This document shows, one piece after another, positions 30,346 through 40,822 of a stretch of DNA of 64,000 nt. Origin of the DNA: an uncultured Pseudomonadota bacterium. GTDB taxonomy: Bacteria; Oederibacteriota; Muellerivitia; Muellerivitales; Muellerivitaceae. The notes under the pieces are model-generated. The model searched no databases. It was not told the DNA's origin and saw nothing but the letters and a program-made list of their open reading frames with translations. Position numbers and translations under genes: made by a program. The stretch is from positions 96,001 to 160,000 of the forward strand of contig CAVYRH010000002.1 in NCBI GenBank assembly GCA_963770835.1, written 5' to 3'. The number at the start of each line of letters is the position of its first letter. Positions within the stretch are counted from its first letter, which is position 1.

Positions 30346-30687
30346 GATTGACTATTCTATTCGAAAGAACGAAAAAACTTGACGGAACTCTTGCGCGAAA
30401 GATTGAAAGAAGATGTTCATTAAACTTCACCGATGAAGAATGAAAGGAGTTTGGTAAACGATTCTTTCTCAATTAAATATCCGGCCGGTAACAATTCCAA
30501 TGAACTTTCTTTTAAATTAAGCGATAAAGAGATATGGTTGTTAGTCGGATTTTTTTATTTCAACCGATCACTATGAATGTTCTTGAACGAGCTCAATGCT
30601 GAAAAAATTTGCCTAACCGCCTTTTGTTTAACTACTAATCCTTCCTTGGTTTTTTCAATTCAAAAGTAACCCTATAAGAGAGTCTCC

Positions 30688-31029
30688 ATGCCGTCCTATA
30701 TTCAACACTCGAACTCAGACCACCAATTCCTAAAAAAAGTCGGCCGGAAGATCAATGAGGTCCGGTTGCAAATGGGTTACACCCAATCCCAGTTGGCCGA
30801 ACAGGCTGGAGTCTCCATCCAAATGGTCCAATACTGGGAGTCGGGGCGAAACATCACTTTGAGGACCCTTTATAACCTCGCTTATCAGCTCGGATGCCCC
30901 GTCCGCAGTTTCTTCAAAGAACCCCGGAATATGACTGCTCAACGGGGAAGGCCCCGGACTACCGGTGGAAAAACAAAAAAGCCCAAATCCCGCGAGGAAA
31001 ACAAGCCACGCCGAATTCCGCAGTCTTAA
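30688..31029 (+). CDS. XRE-family HTH regulator with basic C-terminal tail (RGRPR)
   Basis: VGRKINEVR...TQSQLAE...VQYWESGRNITL. Confidence 0.85.
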   Translation: MPSYIQHSNSDHQFLKKVGRKINEVRLQMGYTQSQLAEQAGVSIQMVQYWESGRNITLRTLYNLAYQLGCPVRSFFKEPRNMTAQRGRPRTTGGKTKKPKSREENKPRRIPQS

Positions 31030-31100
31030 ATCACAAATAAGCTGTCCGTAATCAAAAAATCCTTATGAGTCAGCCATCCATCGTTTCCCGGTCTTTGGTT

Positions 31101-31547
31101 TTAAGGTTTGGAAGGGGTATGGGAGGGGCGAAGCTTGTACCCCCAGGTTCGGTAGGCCATCCACCCCAGGTTCACCAACGAAAGAAGGATGGCGATAACC
31201 GGCATTAGGCCCGTTGCGGGACCTTTGGAAGCCCAAGGACTGTCACTCCTGATTTTAGAAATGAACTTGCGCAAATCGGGATTGTCCGGATGAAGCTTGA
31301 GACTTTGTTCCATCGCCAACACCGCTTCGGTGCGGTTGGAATTTTGGTAATAGGCCTCTCCAAGGAATTGGTAGGCCTGCCAATAATCGGGGCGTTCATC
31401 CACCGCCGCCTTGAAATATTGGACGGCCTTCTCATAATCCCGACCCTTGAACAAATCCATCCCTGCGTTGTAATAGTCTTCCGGCGCAATGGCCCAAACC
31501 CAGACCGGAGCCAAAACGACGAGGGCGCTTAATATTATTTTTTTCAT
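31101..31547 (-). CDS. TPR protein with signal peptide and C-terminal membrane anchor
   Basis: Two TPR-like repeats (YNAGMDLF...AVQYFKAAV..PDY, AYQFLGEAYY...SLKLHPDN). Confidence 0.8.
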   Translation of the reverse strand: MKKIILSALVVLAPVWVWAIAPEDYYNAGMDLFKGRDYEKAVQYFKAAVDERPDYWQAYQFLGEAYYQNSNRTEAVLAMEQSLKLHPDNPDLRKFISKIRSDSPWASKGPATGLMPVIAILLSLVNLGWMAYRTWGYKLRPSHTPSKP

Positions 31548-31551
31548 TCGG

Positions 31552-32783
31552 TTATGCGGGAATCATCTGGGTAGCTTCAAAAGCCGCCAAATTAGGCTGG
31601 ATCACTTTGACTTCCCGCAGGTGACCGGTCACCGCTTCCTGGGTTTTGAGGCCCGTTCCCGTGATATAGGCCACTGTCACGGCATCAGGGTCAAGTGCCC
31701 CCGATTCAGCCAGTTTCTTCAGGCAGCCGATAGTGACGCCCCCGGCCGTTTCGGCGAAGATACCCTCCGTGCGGGCCAAAAGCTTGATACCTTCGACGAT
31801 TTCATCATCCGTCACCATTTCGGCCCCGCCATTGGAATCGGCGATGGTCCTCAAGGCATAAAAACCGTCGGCGGGATTACCGATGGCCAGGGACTTGGCG
31901 ATAGTATTGGGTTTCACGGGCCGGAAGGTATCGGTCTTGGCCTTATAAGCGGTCGTCACAGGGGAACAACCAGCGGCCTGGGCGCCGAATACCCTCATAG
32001 GTTTCTTCTCGATCAGTCCGACCTTGACGAATTCCTGGGTTCCCTTCCAAATCTTGGTCAAAAGCGACCCGGAGGCCACCGGTACCACCACCTGGTCCGG
32101 CGCTTTCCAACCCAATTGTTCGGCCACCTCAAAGGCCAGGGTCTTGGAACCTTCGGCGTAATAAGGCCGCATGTTGATGTTCACGAAAGCCCATTTGTAT
32201 TTTCCGGCGATCTCGCTGCAAAGCCGGTTCACATCGTCGTAATTGCCGTTCACCCCGATCAGGTTGGGGTCATAGATGAGCGAAGCCGGTCACCTTGCTG
32301 GGTTCCAGGTTGGAGGGGATGAAAACAAAGCGTTTCATGCCGCCCCTGGCGCCATAGGCCGAAACGGCGTTGGCCAGATTGCCCGTCGAGGCGCAGGCCA
32401 GGGTGTCAAAACCCAGTTCCAGGGCCCGGGTGGAGGCCACCGCCACCACCCGATCCTTGAAGGAATGGGTGGGGTTGGCGCAGTCATTTTTGATGTAGAG
32501 GTTGGAAAGCCCCAGCTCTTCGCCCAAGCCGTTCGGCCCGGATGAGGGGGGTATAGCCTTCCTCCAGGGTGTTGTACGTGTCCCCTTCCACCGGCAGGAA
32601 CTCGCGGTAACGCCAAATGTTCAGGGGCCGGGAGGCGATCTTCTCCCGGGAAATGTCCTTCTTGATCTTGTCGTAATCGTAGGCCGCTTCCAGGGGCCCA
32701 AAGCAAAACTCGCAGACGTATTTGGCGGCTTTTTCGTATTCCTGGCCGCATTCACGGCATTTCAAGGCTTTCACATAACTCAT
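31552..32783 (-). CDS. Threonine-synthase paralog with N-terminal Zn ribbon (two frameshifts), under a SAM-I riboswitch
   Basis: Fragments: CREC..CEFCFGPL, NPTHSFKDR, ASTGNLANA, NYDDVNRLC, NMRPYYAEGSKT, SLAIGNPADG, ETAGGV, TGTGLKT. Confidence 0.88.
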
Positions 32784-32816
32784 CTTTCTCTCCTGGCCGC
32801 TCCCGAATGAGCCCTC

Positions 32817-32853
32817 AAAACAAAAAGGCCTCCATCTCGAGATGGAAGCCTTT
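32817..32853 (-). terminator. Intrinsic terminator of the SAM-I expression platform
   Basis: AAAGGCUUCCAUCUCGAGAUGGAGGCCUUUUUGUUUUG. Confidence 0.8.
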
Positions 32854-32871
32854 GGTCATTGGGTTTTCCAT

Positions 32872-32987
32872 CTCTCATCTCACCCCGGTTTTAAAGACCG
32901 AAGCAGGAATTGGCACCTAACAGTTCCTGATGGAACCTGGTTGCCGTGGCATCGCAGGGCCTGTCCCTCCGCCACTCTGGATAAGAG
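32872..32987 (-). ncRNA. SAM-I (S-box) riboswitch
   Basis: CUCUUAUCCAGAG-UGGCGGAGGGACAGGCCCUGCGAUGCCA-CGGCAACC...GGUGCCAAUUCCUGC...GAUGAGAG, the canonical S-box. Confidence 0.95.
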
Positions 32988-33042
32988 CGTTAAATTGTTC
33001 TTTGATAGTTACCGGGTGCCGCCACCCGGTGTCAAGGCCGCT

Positions 33043-33523
33043 TTAGTCTGCGGCCACCTCGATCTTGAGGATCTGGTACTGTAAAAGCCCCGCGGGGATT
33101 TGGATGTCGACTTTGTCTCCGATCTTTTTACCCATCATTCCGCGGGCAATGGGCGTGCGCAAGAGAAATCTTGTTCTGGGCGAAATCCGCTTCCTCCTCC
33201 CCCACAATCCGGTAGATCTCCTCCTGTTTGGTCTTAAGGTCCTTCACCGTCACCACACAGCCGATGGAAACATGCTCGCCGGTGATGTTCTCGTCCTCCA
33301 GAATGCGGACGCGGGCCAGTTTGTCCTCCAACTCGCGGATGCGGGCTTCCAAAAGTCCCTGTTCCTGCTTGGCGGCGTCATATTCGGCGTTTTCCTTCAA
33401 GTCGCCATGGGCCCGCGCCTCCTCAAGGGCCTTGGCCACTTGGGGCCGCCGGACCGTTTTAAGTTTATTCAGCTCCTCCTGAAGTTTGTCCCGGGTGGCC
33501 CGGGAGACGAGAAAGTCCGACAT
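33043..33523 (-). CDS. greA: Transcription elongation factor GreA (frameshift near 33150)
   Basis: EARAHGDLKENAEYDAAK and YRIVGEEEAD; the corrected end KIEVAAD* stops at 33043. Confidence 0.92.
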
Positions 33524-33549
33524 TTTATTCTCCTGATACTATTAGAATG

Positions 33550-34016
33550 TTACTTCCCGCTTTTCTGGCACTTTTGGCACAAGCCCATAAAGCTGCATCC
33601 GGTGGGAAGTGATCTTAAAACCATGCTTGCGACTGACTTGCTCCTGTAGTTCCTCGATTTGGGGGTTCAGAAACTCGATGTAAGCTCCCGCAGTTGGTGC
33701 AAATCATGTGGTCATGGTGCTGGCGGTTGAATTCCGGTTCGTATTTGATCCGCCCGTCCCCGAAATCCAGTTCGCGCGCCAAACCGCATTGGGTCAGATG
33801 TTTCAAGGTGCGGTAAACGGTGGCGAACCCCACATGGGACTGCTTTTCCCGGGCCCTTTGGAACAGCTCCTCCGCCGAAATATGGCCCCGGTGGTCCAGA
33901 AAAGCTTCTAAAATCAACTCGCGCTGGGCCGTCAGCTTGAGGTCTCTTTCCTTTAAGTACTGGCTGAATACCTCGTATTCCCTTGTCCGGCTTTTGTCTT
34001 TGACCACGCTTTTCAT
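33550..34016 (-). CDS. fur: Fur-family metalloregulator (two frameshifts)
   Basis: LTAQRELIL, HISAEEL, ATVYRTL and HHDHMICTNCG; corrected tail YIEF...LYGLCQKC. Confidence 0.88.
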
Positions 34017-34019
34017 AAA

Positions 34020-34510
34020 AAGGCATCTCCGCAATAGGCCATGTCCGGCGAAGGGCTGAGTAGATTTTAGAGGATTTTTTAGTTAACATGACCGGCATCA
34101 AAACATTGGAACGGACCACGTGTTGGAAAGCCCCCGCGATATTATCCGTCACATCGCTTAGGGTTTGCAGGTAATCTTCCTCCACTTCCCGGCTGTCCAC
34201 CAAGAAAGAGGTTTTCAAAAGACCGAAATTGGCCCTTGATCACCTTGGAGACGCGGAGCATCTCGTTCCGGAAATAATCCGGATGGTCCTTCCGGACCCT
34301 TTTCACCGTGCGCGGCTTGGTATACTTCTTTTGGCTGACGGCAATCGAGGCGATCATTTGGGCCAAGTGATTTTCCAACATGGCCCGCTCCACATGCTGG
34401 CCATGTACCAGACGTTCAATGACCACTTCCAGATAGGAAACGTGGGAAAAAAGCTCCCGGTAAAGCTCAAGGAAACCCTCCCGCACATCGGAGTCCTGTG
34501 ATGGACCCAT
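34020..34510 (-). CDS. Hypothetical helical protein (frameshift at ~34203; 3' end uncertain)
   Basis: ORF 34142..34576 (start MGPSQ at 34510) appears to continue in the frame of 33712..34218 (FLVDSREVEEDYLQTLSD...). Confidence 0.45.
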
Positions 34511-34594
34511 GGCATCCCCCGAACGGCTTGTTTTCGAAATTATACCCCTTTTCGCACCCCAAAAAAAGCGCTGCAAAGGATACGCGGCTCAATG

Positions 34595-35113
34595 TTATTC
34601 CGCCAAAAGTTTTTCAATGGCGTCGGCAAAATCCTCTTCCGGATGAACGCCGACAAAGGACAAGGCGATTCTTCCCGATTTGTCGATGAAGAATGTGGTC
34701 GGGATCGGATTAATGCCATAGGACTTCAACGTATTCATGTTGGCAAGCCCGACCGGATACGGAATGTTGAAATCGGAGATGAATTTATTGAAATAGTCTT
34801 TCGATTGGCCATCCTTGGCCTCCACCGAAAGTCCCCAAAGTTCCAAACCCCTGGGGTGATAAGTAGCGTACATCTTCACAAGGATCGGAATCTCCATGCG
34901 GCAAGGACCGCACCAAGTGGCCCAGAAATCCACCACCAGCACCTTCCCTTTCACTTGCGACAAACTTAGTTTGTTGGAAATATTTAAATAATCGGCTTCC
35001 ACTTCAGTGGCTGGCGGCCGCTTGTCGACCGGAATAAGGTCAACGTTGTTTCCTTTCCCACACCCGGCGAGACACAGCATCAAAAGCGTGATAGGAATTA
35101 CTTTTGGATTCAT
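34595..35113 (-). CDS. TlpA/ResA-family thiol-disulfide reductase lipoprotein
   Basis: Lipobox LAGC, VDFWATWCGPCRMEIP and IPTTFFID. Confidence 0.9.
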   Translation of the reverse strand: MNPKVIPITLLMLCLAGCGKGNNVDLIPVDKRPPATEVEADYLNISNKLSLSQVKGKVLVVDFWATWCGPCRMEIPILVKMYATYHPRGLELWGLSVEAKDGQSKDYFNKFISDFNIPYPVGLANMNTLKSYGINPIPTTFFIDKSGRIALSFVGVHPEEDFADAIEKLLAE

Positions 35114-35184
35114 CTTAAATTTCCCGGAGAAATGCTTTGTAGGAGTTCTTCGTGCAAAAGATATGATTTGATTCCGACTATTTC

Positions 35185-35931
35185 TTAAAAGAATCCCATG
35201 TACTGGACGCGAACAATCCTGGAGAACAAATCGCCCCGGTTGATATCCCGGAAGTCGACCCCCACCCGCAAGGGGTTATCCACGTTGAACATCACATTGG
35301 CGTTAAATTGCCAGTAACTGCTTAAAAGCTTATCCATCTCGAGGTTGAACATCAAGGGTTGGGCGACGGCGAAGGAGGTACCGAAGAAAGCCCCCAAATC
35401 CTCATTGGAATCGAAATTGTCGAATGTCACCGCGTTGACACCCGCATGGACCTGTAAATAACCTGCTTCCTTAAACTCATGGCTTACGACTGAATAAAAC
35501 CCTTTTTGGGTTCCGGGGAAAAATCTTCCATCAACCTGGGTTCCATAACCCCGGTTGTCCCAACCGACCGCCACCGCCACCGGCGCCACCTTCTCGTCCA
35601 AAACCTTAAATTTGAGGCCAATCCCCGGTGTTTGGATTTGAATGGTTCCCTGGCCCACGACATTAGTGGCGTTGGCAGAGAAGCCGAACATGAAAAAATC
35701 CTTGAAACCGACGTTTCCCCGGACAAATAAGCCGCCATTTTCATACATCCTCGTGACGAGGTCATAACCGCCGTGCATGAGGATATAAGCGGTCGGGGCT
35801 TCCACCATTTCATAGTTGGTCGGGGAAGAGGCTATCTCGTCTTTGGCCCAAACCAAAGGGACTGGAAGCAGGAGAAGAAAGATAACGGAGAATCGAAAAT
35901 GTTTAACGGAAGGCCTCCAAATTTTCATCAT
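35185..35931 (-). CDS. Putative outer-membrane beta-barrel (YjbH-like)
   Basis: Signal peptide, PTAYIL motif, amphipathic beta strands and terminal Phe. Confidence 0.6.
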   Translation of the reverse strand: MMKIWRPSVKHFRFSVIFLLLLPVPLVWAKDEIASSPTNYEMVEAPTAYILMHGGYDLVTRMYENGGLFVRGNVGFKDFFMFGFSANATNVVGQGTIQIQTPGIGLKFKVLDEKVAPVAVAVGWDNRGYGTQVDGRFFPGTQKGFYSVVSHEFKEAGYLQVHAGVNAVTFDNFDSNEDLGAFFGTSFAVAQPLMFNLEMDKLLSSYWQFNANVMFNVDNPLRVGVDFRDINRGDLFSRIVRVQYMGFF

Positions 35932-35990
35932 TTTAGGATGAAAGCACCAATGTCAACCAAGCCCGATGCGAGCCACGAACGGCAAACCGA

Positions 35991-36818
35991 TTAATATTTT
36001 TCGATGAATATCTTCTCAACCTTTGCGATATGGCGGCCCAGGAAACGTTGGGCCTGTTCCTTGAACTTCCGCGAAAGGTCGCTGACGTAATATTGGCTCG
36101 CCCCCCTTCCGTTCATGGGAACGCCATGGGTTTCAAGGTTACGGTGAAGGCTCCGGGCCGTTTCCTCGGCCGAATCCACGATCTTGACTCTTTTCCCTGT
36201 CACTTTGGCGAGTACGCTCTTCAAGAGAGGGTAATGGGTGCAGCCCAGGAGCAAAGTATCGATTCCCGCTTTCAGCAGCGGCCTCAAGTATTCCCGGGCC
36301 ACTGCCTCGGTCAGCGGGCCCGGAGAGCTTCCCTTCTTCGACCAATGGAACGAAAAGAGGGCAGGCCTTCGTGAAGACCTTGAAATGGGAATTCAATTCA
36401 TGGATAGCTTCCGGATAGGCTCCAGAATAAATGGTTCCTTCCGTGCCGATGACCCCAATTTGTCCATTACGCGTGACGTTCACGGCCGCATAAGCGCCCG
36501 GCTCGATGACCCCCAGAATAGGAATGTCGAATTCCTTCCGGAGGTCTTTCAAAGCCCAGGCCGAGGAGGTATTGCAGGCCACCACGACCGCCTTGACCTT
36601 TTCCCGTTTCAGGAGGAACCGGACGATCTGCGGGCGTAATGGAGGATGGTTTCCGGGCTCTTGGTTCCATAGGGAATCCGGGCCGTATCCCCGAAGTAAA
36701 CGAGTTTTTCGTTCGGAAGTTCCTTTTGGATGGCCTTGACGACGGTCAAACCGCCCAATCCGGAATCAAAGATGCCGATGGGCCCAATGTTCGCCTTGGA
36801 AATGGAACGACGCTTCAA
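35991..36818 (-). CDS. murI: Glutamate racemase (frameshifts)
   Basis: [37 protein letters not shown] and LGCTHYP. Confidence 0.93.
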
Positions 36819-38416
36819 TGGCTCGCTCTTTTGGAGGCTTTCTTTGTGCCGCTGTCCTTCAGGAGCTTGTAATCAATTGAATCCACCAATGCGTCCCACG
36901 AGGCTTCGATGATGTTTTCCGACACTCCCACCGTTCCCCAGCTATCCTTCTTGTCGCGGCTTTCGATTAAAACGCGCACCTTGGCGGCCGTGCCTTCCTT
37001 GGCGTCCAGCACACGCACCTTGAAATCGGTCAGGTGGACTTCGCTCAAGGAGGGATAAAACTTGGTCAGGGCTTTGCGCAGGGCCTGGTCCAGGGCGTTG
37101 ACGGGGCCGTCCCCTTCCCCCACGGTGTTTTCCAGAACCCCGTTCACCTTGACCTTGATAGTGGCTTCGGAAACCAGTTTGCCGTCACCACGGTTTTCCA
37201 CGATCACGCGGAAGCTGATGAGGTCGAAAAAATTGCGGTGCTTGCCCAGGGCCTTCTTCAGCAGGATTTCAAAGGAAGCCTCCGCCCCTTCGAATTGGTA
37301 GCCTTCGCTTTCCATTTTTTTGACTTGTTCGATGATTGCCTTGGCTTCGGGAGTGTCCTTGCCCAGCTTGATTCGCCGCTCACCCGCTTGATGCAAAACG
37401 GCTGACACGCCCGCCTGGTCGGACAAGACCAGCTTGCGCTGGTTGCCCACCTGGTCCGGTTCCACGTGCTCATAGGCCTTGCGTGGACTTTTGCATGGCG
37501 GAGATATGCATCCCGCCCTTATGGGTAAAGGCATTCTTGCCGACATAGGGCGCGTTGGCCCGGGGAGGCAGGTTGAGGATTTCATCCACCCGATGGGAGA
37601 CTTCCGTGAGTTTTTCAAGCTTTACGGGCCGCAGGAAGGAATAACCCGTTTTCAGGGCAAGGTTGGCGATCAGGGAAGTGAGATTGGTGTTCCCTACCCG
37701 TTCGCCATAGCCATTCATGCAGCCTTGCACCTGGGTGGCACCCGCCTGCGAGGGCGGCCAAGGTGTTGGCCACCGCCAGGTCGCCGTCATTGTGGCAATG
37801 GATGCCGATGGCCGCTTCGGGAAACCGTTGGCCCACCCGGGTGACCACCGCCTCGATATCATCAGGCATGGAACCCCCGTTGGTGTCGCAAAGCACCAGG
37901 CAATCTGCCCCGCCTTCCAGGGCCGCTTCCAGACACTTCAGGGAAAATTCGGGATTGTTATTGTAACCGTCGAAAAAATGCTCGGCGTCGAAGAACACCT
38001 CCTCGGTCTTCGACTTGAGGAATTTGAGCGAGTCATAAGATGATCTCGAGGTTTTGCTCAAGGGTGATTCCCAAGGCCTTGGTAACATGGAAATCCCATG
38101 TTTTACCCACGACCGTGATGGTGGAAACCCCGGAGCGGACGAGGTTCACGAGGTTGGTATCCTCATGGGCTTTATGCCGGGCGCGCCGGGTCATGCCGAA
38201 TGCGGACAAGCGGGCCTTGAGCTTGAGCTTCTTCACCCTTTGGAAGAAAACGGTGTCTTTGGGGTTGGCGCCGGGCCAGCCACCCTCCAGGTAATGAAGG
38301 CCCAGGTCATCCAGGGCTTGGGCGAGCGCAAGCTTATCCTCGACCGATAGGTTGATTCCTTGGGTCTGGGGACCTTCTCTCAATAAGGCGTCATAAAGAA
38401 CGATCTTTTTATCCAC
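36815..38416 (-). CDS. cimA: Citramalate synthase (frameshifts)
   Basis: [64 protein letters not shown] and [15 protein letters not shown]. Confidence 0.92.
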
Positions 38417-39647
38417 GGACTCCCGCTACTTTCTTGCCCAAATTGAATTTCTTATGGATGGCCGCCACCGCCTTGGCCACATCTTTCTCGTCGATCACGA
38501 CCGAAATCTTGATCTCCGAAGTGGAGATCATCTCGATGTTCACTCCCTCTTCCGCCAGGGCTTTGAACATATTGGCCGCGACCCCCGAATGGGAACGCAT
38601 CCCCACCCCGACCACCGAAACTTTGGCGATATCCTCGTCCGACAGGATGCCCGCTGGCTTGAGCGTTTTGGAAGCGTCCCCGACCACTTTCATGGCCTTC
38701 TTGAGCTCGGATTGTATCCACGGTGAAGGAAACGTCCGAATGGCCCTTTTCCCCGATGTTCTGGATGATCATATCCACGTTGACCCCGGCCTTGCCCAGT
38801 TTCGAGAAGAGAATGGAGGCGATACCGGGCCGGTCTGGGACCCCCCGCACCGTGATCTTGGCCTCGTTTTTGTTGTAGGTCACCCCGCTGATGACCACCT
38901 TTTCCATGGCTTTGGTTTCCTGCATGACGATCGTCCCTTCTTTTTCGTTGAATGTCGGCCTCACATGGATCTTGATGCCGAAGTTTTTCGCGAACTCCAC
39001 CGAACGGGCGTTCAACACCTGGGCGCCCGCGCTGGCCATTTCCAGCATTTCATCATAACTGATGAAGCGAAAGCTTCCGGGCGTCCTTTACCAATGCCCG
39101 GATTGGCCGTGAAAACACCGTCCACATCCTTGTAAAACTCGCAAACGTCGGCCTTCAAGGCCGCCGCGATGGCCACGGCCGTCAGGTCGCTTCCCCCGCG
39201 CCCAAGGGTCGTGATTTCGTGTTCCTTGTTCTCGCCCTGGAACCCCGCCACGATCACCACCTTGCCTAGGTTCAAGGCGGACCGGATCTTCGAATCCCCC
39301 ACCTTGACGATCCGGGCCTTGGTATGGACGTCGTCGGTCACAATCCCCACCTGGGGGCCGGTAAAGGAAATGGCGTCGCAGCCCAGGCTCTTGAGGGCGA
39401 TGGAAAGGAGCGCGATGGATTGCTGTTCGCCGGTGGCCAGGAGAACATCCATTTCCCGCTCATCGGGCGTGTCGGTGATTTGGTGGGCCTTGGCGATGAG
39501 TTCGTCCGTGGTATCCCCCGGCGCCGAAACGACGACCACCACTTCGTTTTTCTCGCGGCGGGTCTTGGCGATGCGCCCCGCCACTTCCAGCATTTTGGCG
39601 GCGTCCGCCACCGATGACCCACCGAATTTTTGGACGATCAAAGCCAC
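38409..39647 (-). CDS. lysC: Aspartate kinase (frameshifts)
   Basis: [37 protein letters not shown] and ACT domains with ISTSEIKIS. Confidence 0.94.
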
Positions 39648-39701
39648 AGTAACCTCTATTTTACCGCCAAGACACATGCCTGCCCTTGGCGGTAATGGTC
39701 T

Positions 39702-40763
39702 TTAAAGTTTTAGGACCTTCAGGATTTCATTCATTTCGGGCTTAATCACGATCGGCTTGTGGCTCAAGGAAACCGCCCGGTCGGGGTCCTTCAACCCGTG
39801 GCCGGTCAAGGTGCAGACGATGCGCCTTTTGCCCTCGGTGAAGTAGTTCTGCTTGTTCTTTTTAATAACCCCCGCCAAAGACGCCGCCGAGGCCGGTTCG
39901 CAAAAGATGCCCTCCATCGCGGCCATCATCTGATAGGCCTCCAGGATTTCGTCGTCCGTCACCGCCTCGATCAAGCCGCCGGACTCGTCCCGCGCAGCCT
40001 CCGCGTTTTTCCAGGAAAAAGGGTTGCCGATCTTGATAGCCGTGGCAATGGTATGGGGATCCTCAATGATCCGGCCCTCCACGATAGGGGCCGAACCCGC
40101 GGCCTGGAACCCGCACATGCGGGGCAGTTTCTGGAACTTTCCCTTTTGGTGGTATTCCTTATAGCCCTTCCAATAGGCCGTGATATTGCCGGCGTTGCCC
40201 ACGGGAATGGCGTGGTACTCGGGAGCGTTCCCAATCGTATCCACGATCTCGAAAGCCGCGGTTTTTTGACCCTCGATACGATAAGGATTGTTGGAGTTCA
40301 CCATGGTCACCGGCTGCGTGTCCGCCAGTTCCCTTGTTAGTTTCAGGGCCTTGTCGAAACTCCCCTCAATGGCAATCACCTTGGCACCATAAATCAGGGA
40401 TTGGGCCATCTTGCCCAGGGCGATGGACCCGTGCGGCAGGAAAACAGCGCAGGAAACGCCGGCATGGGCCGCGTAAGCCGCCGCGGCCGCCGAGGTGTTG
40501 CCGGTGGAGGCGCAAACCACGACTTTGGCCCCATCCTCCACGGCCTTGGACATGGCCATGGTCATTCCCCGGTCCTTGAAGGAACCCGTCGGGTTCAACC
40601 CTTCGAACTTCAGGTGGATGTCCAAACCATTGCCGAGCTTCTTGGAGAGGTTTTTGGCGTGGATCAGCGGTGTATCGCCCTCTTTAAGGGTAATAACGGG
40701 GGTCTTTTCCGTGACCGGCAAATAAGCCCGGTACTCCTCGATGACGCCTTTCCAATAAGCCAT
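39702..40763 (-). CDS. thrC: Threonine synthase
   Basis: EGLNPTGSFKDRGM, CASTGNTS, PVGNAGNI, EPASAA and LTGHGLKDP; located in the hom-thrC-lysC operon. Confidence 0.95.
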   Translation of the reverse strand: MAYWKGVIEEYRAYLPVTEKTPVITLKEGDTPLIHAKNLSKKLGNGLDIHLKFEGLNPTGSFKDRGMTMAMSKAVEDGAKVVVCASTGNTSAAAAAYAAHAGVSCAVFLPHGSIALGKMAQSLIYGAKVIAIEGSFDKALKLTRELADTQPVTMVNSNNPYRIEGQKTAAFEIVDTIGNAPEYHAIPVGNAGNITAYWKGYKEYHQKGKFQKLPRMCGFQAAGSAPIVEGRIIEDPHTIATAIKIGNPFSWKNAEAARDESGGLIEAVTDDEILEAYQMMAAMEGIFCEPASAASLAGVIKKNKQNYFTEGKRRIVCTLTGHGLKDPDRAVSLSHKPIVIKPEMNEILKVLKL

Positions 40764-40822
40764 GGTTTTTCGCTTTCGTTGTTTATTCTGTCAACTGCCG
40801 AGTGAGGACTGATTGCCTGTTT

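Noticed and set aside
33039..33047. ccgctttag match to the 3' end of the SAM-II-like motif
   Set aside because: It is the greA stop-codon context, with no UUUAA or CAACUUGC elements upstream.
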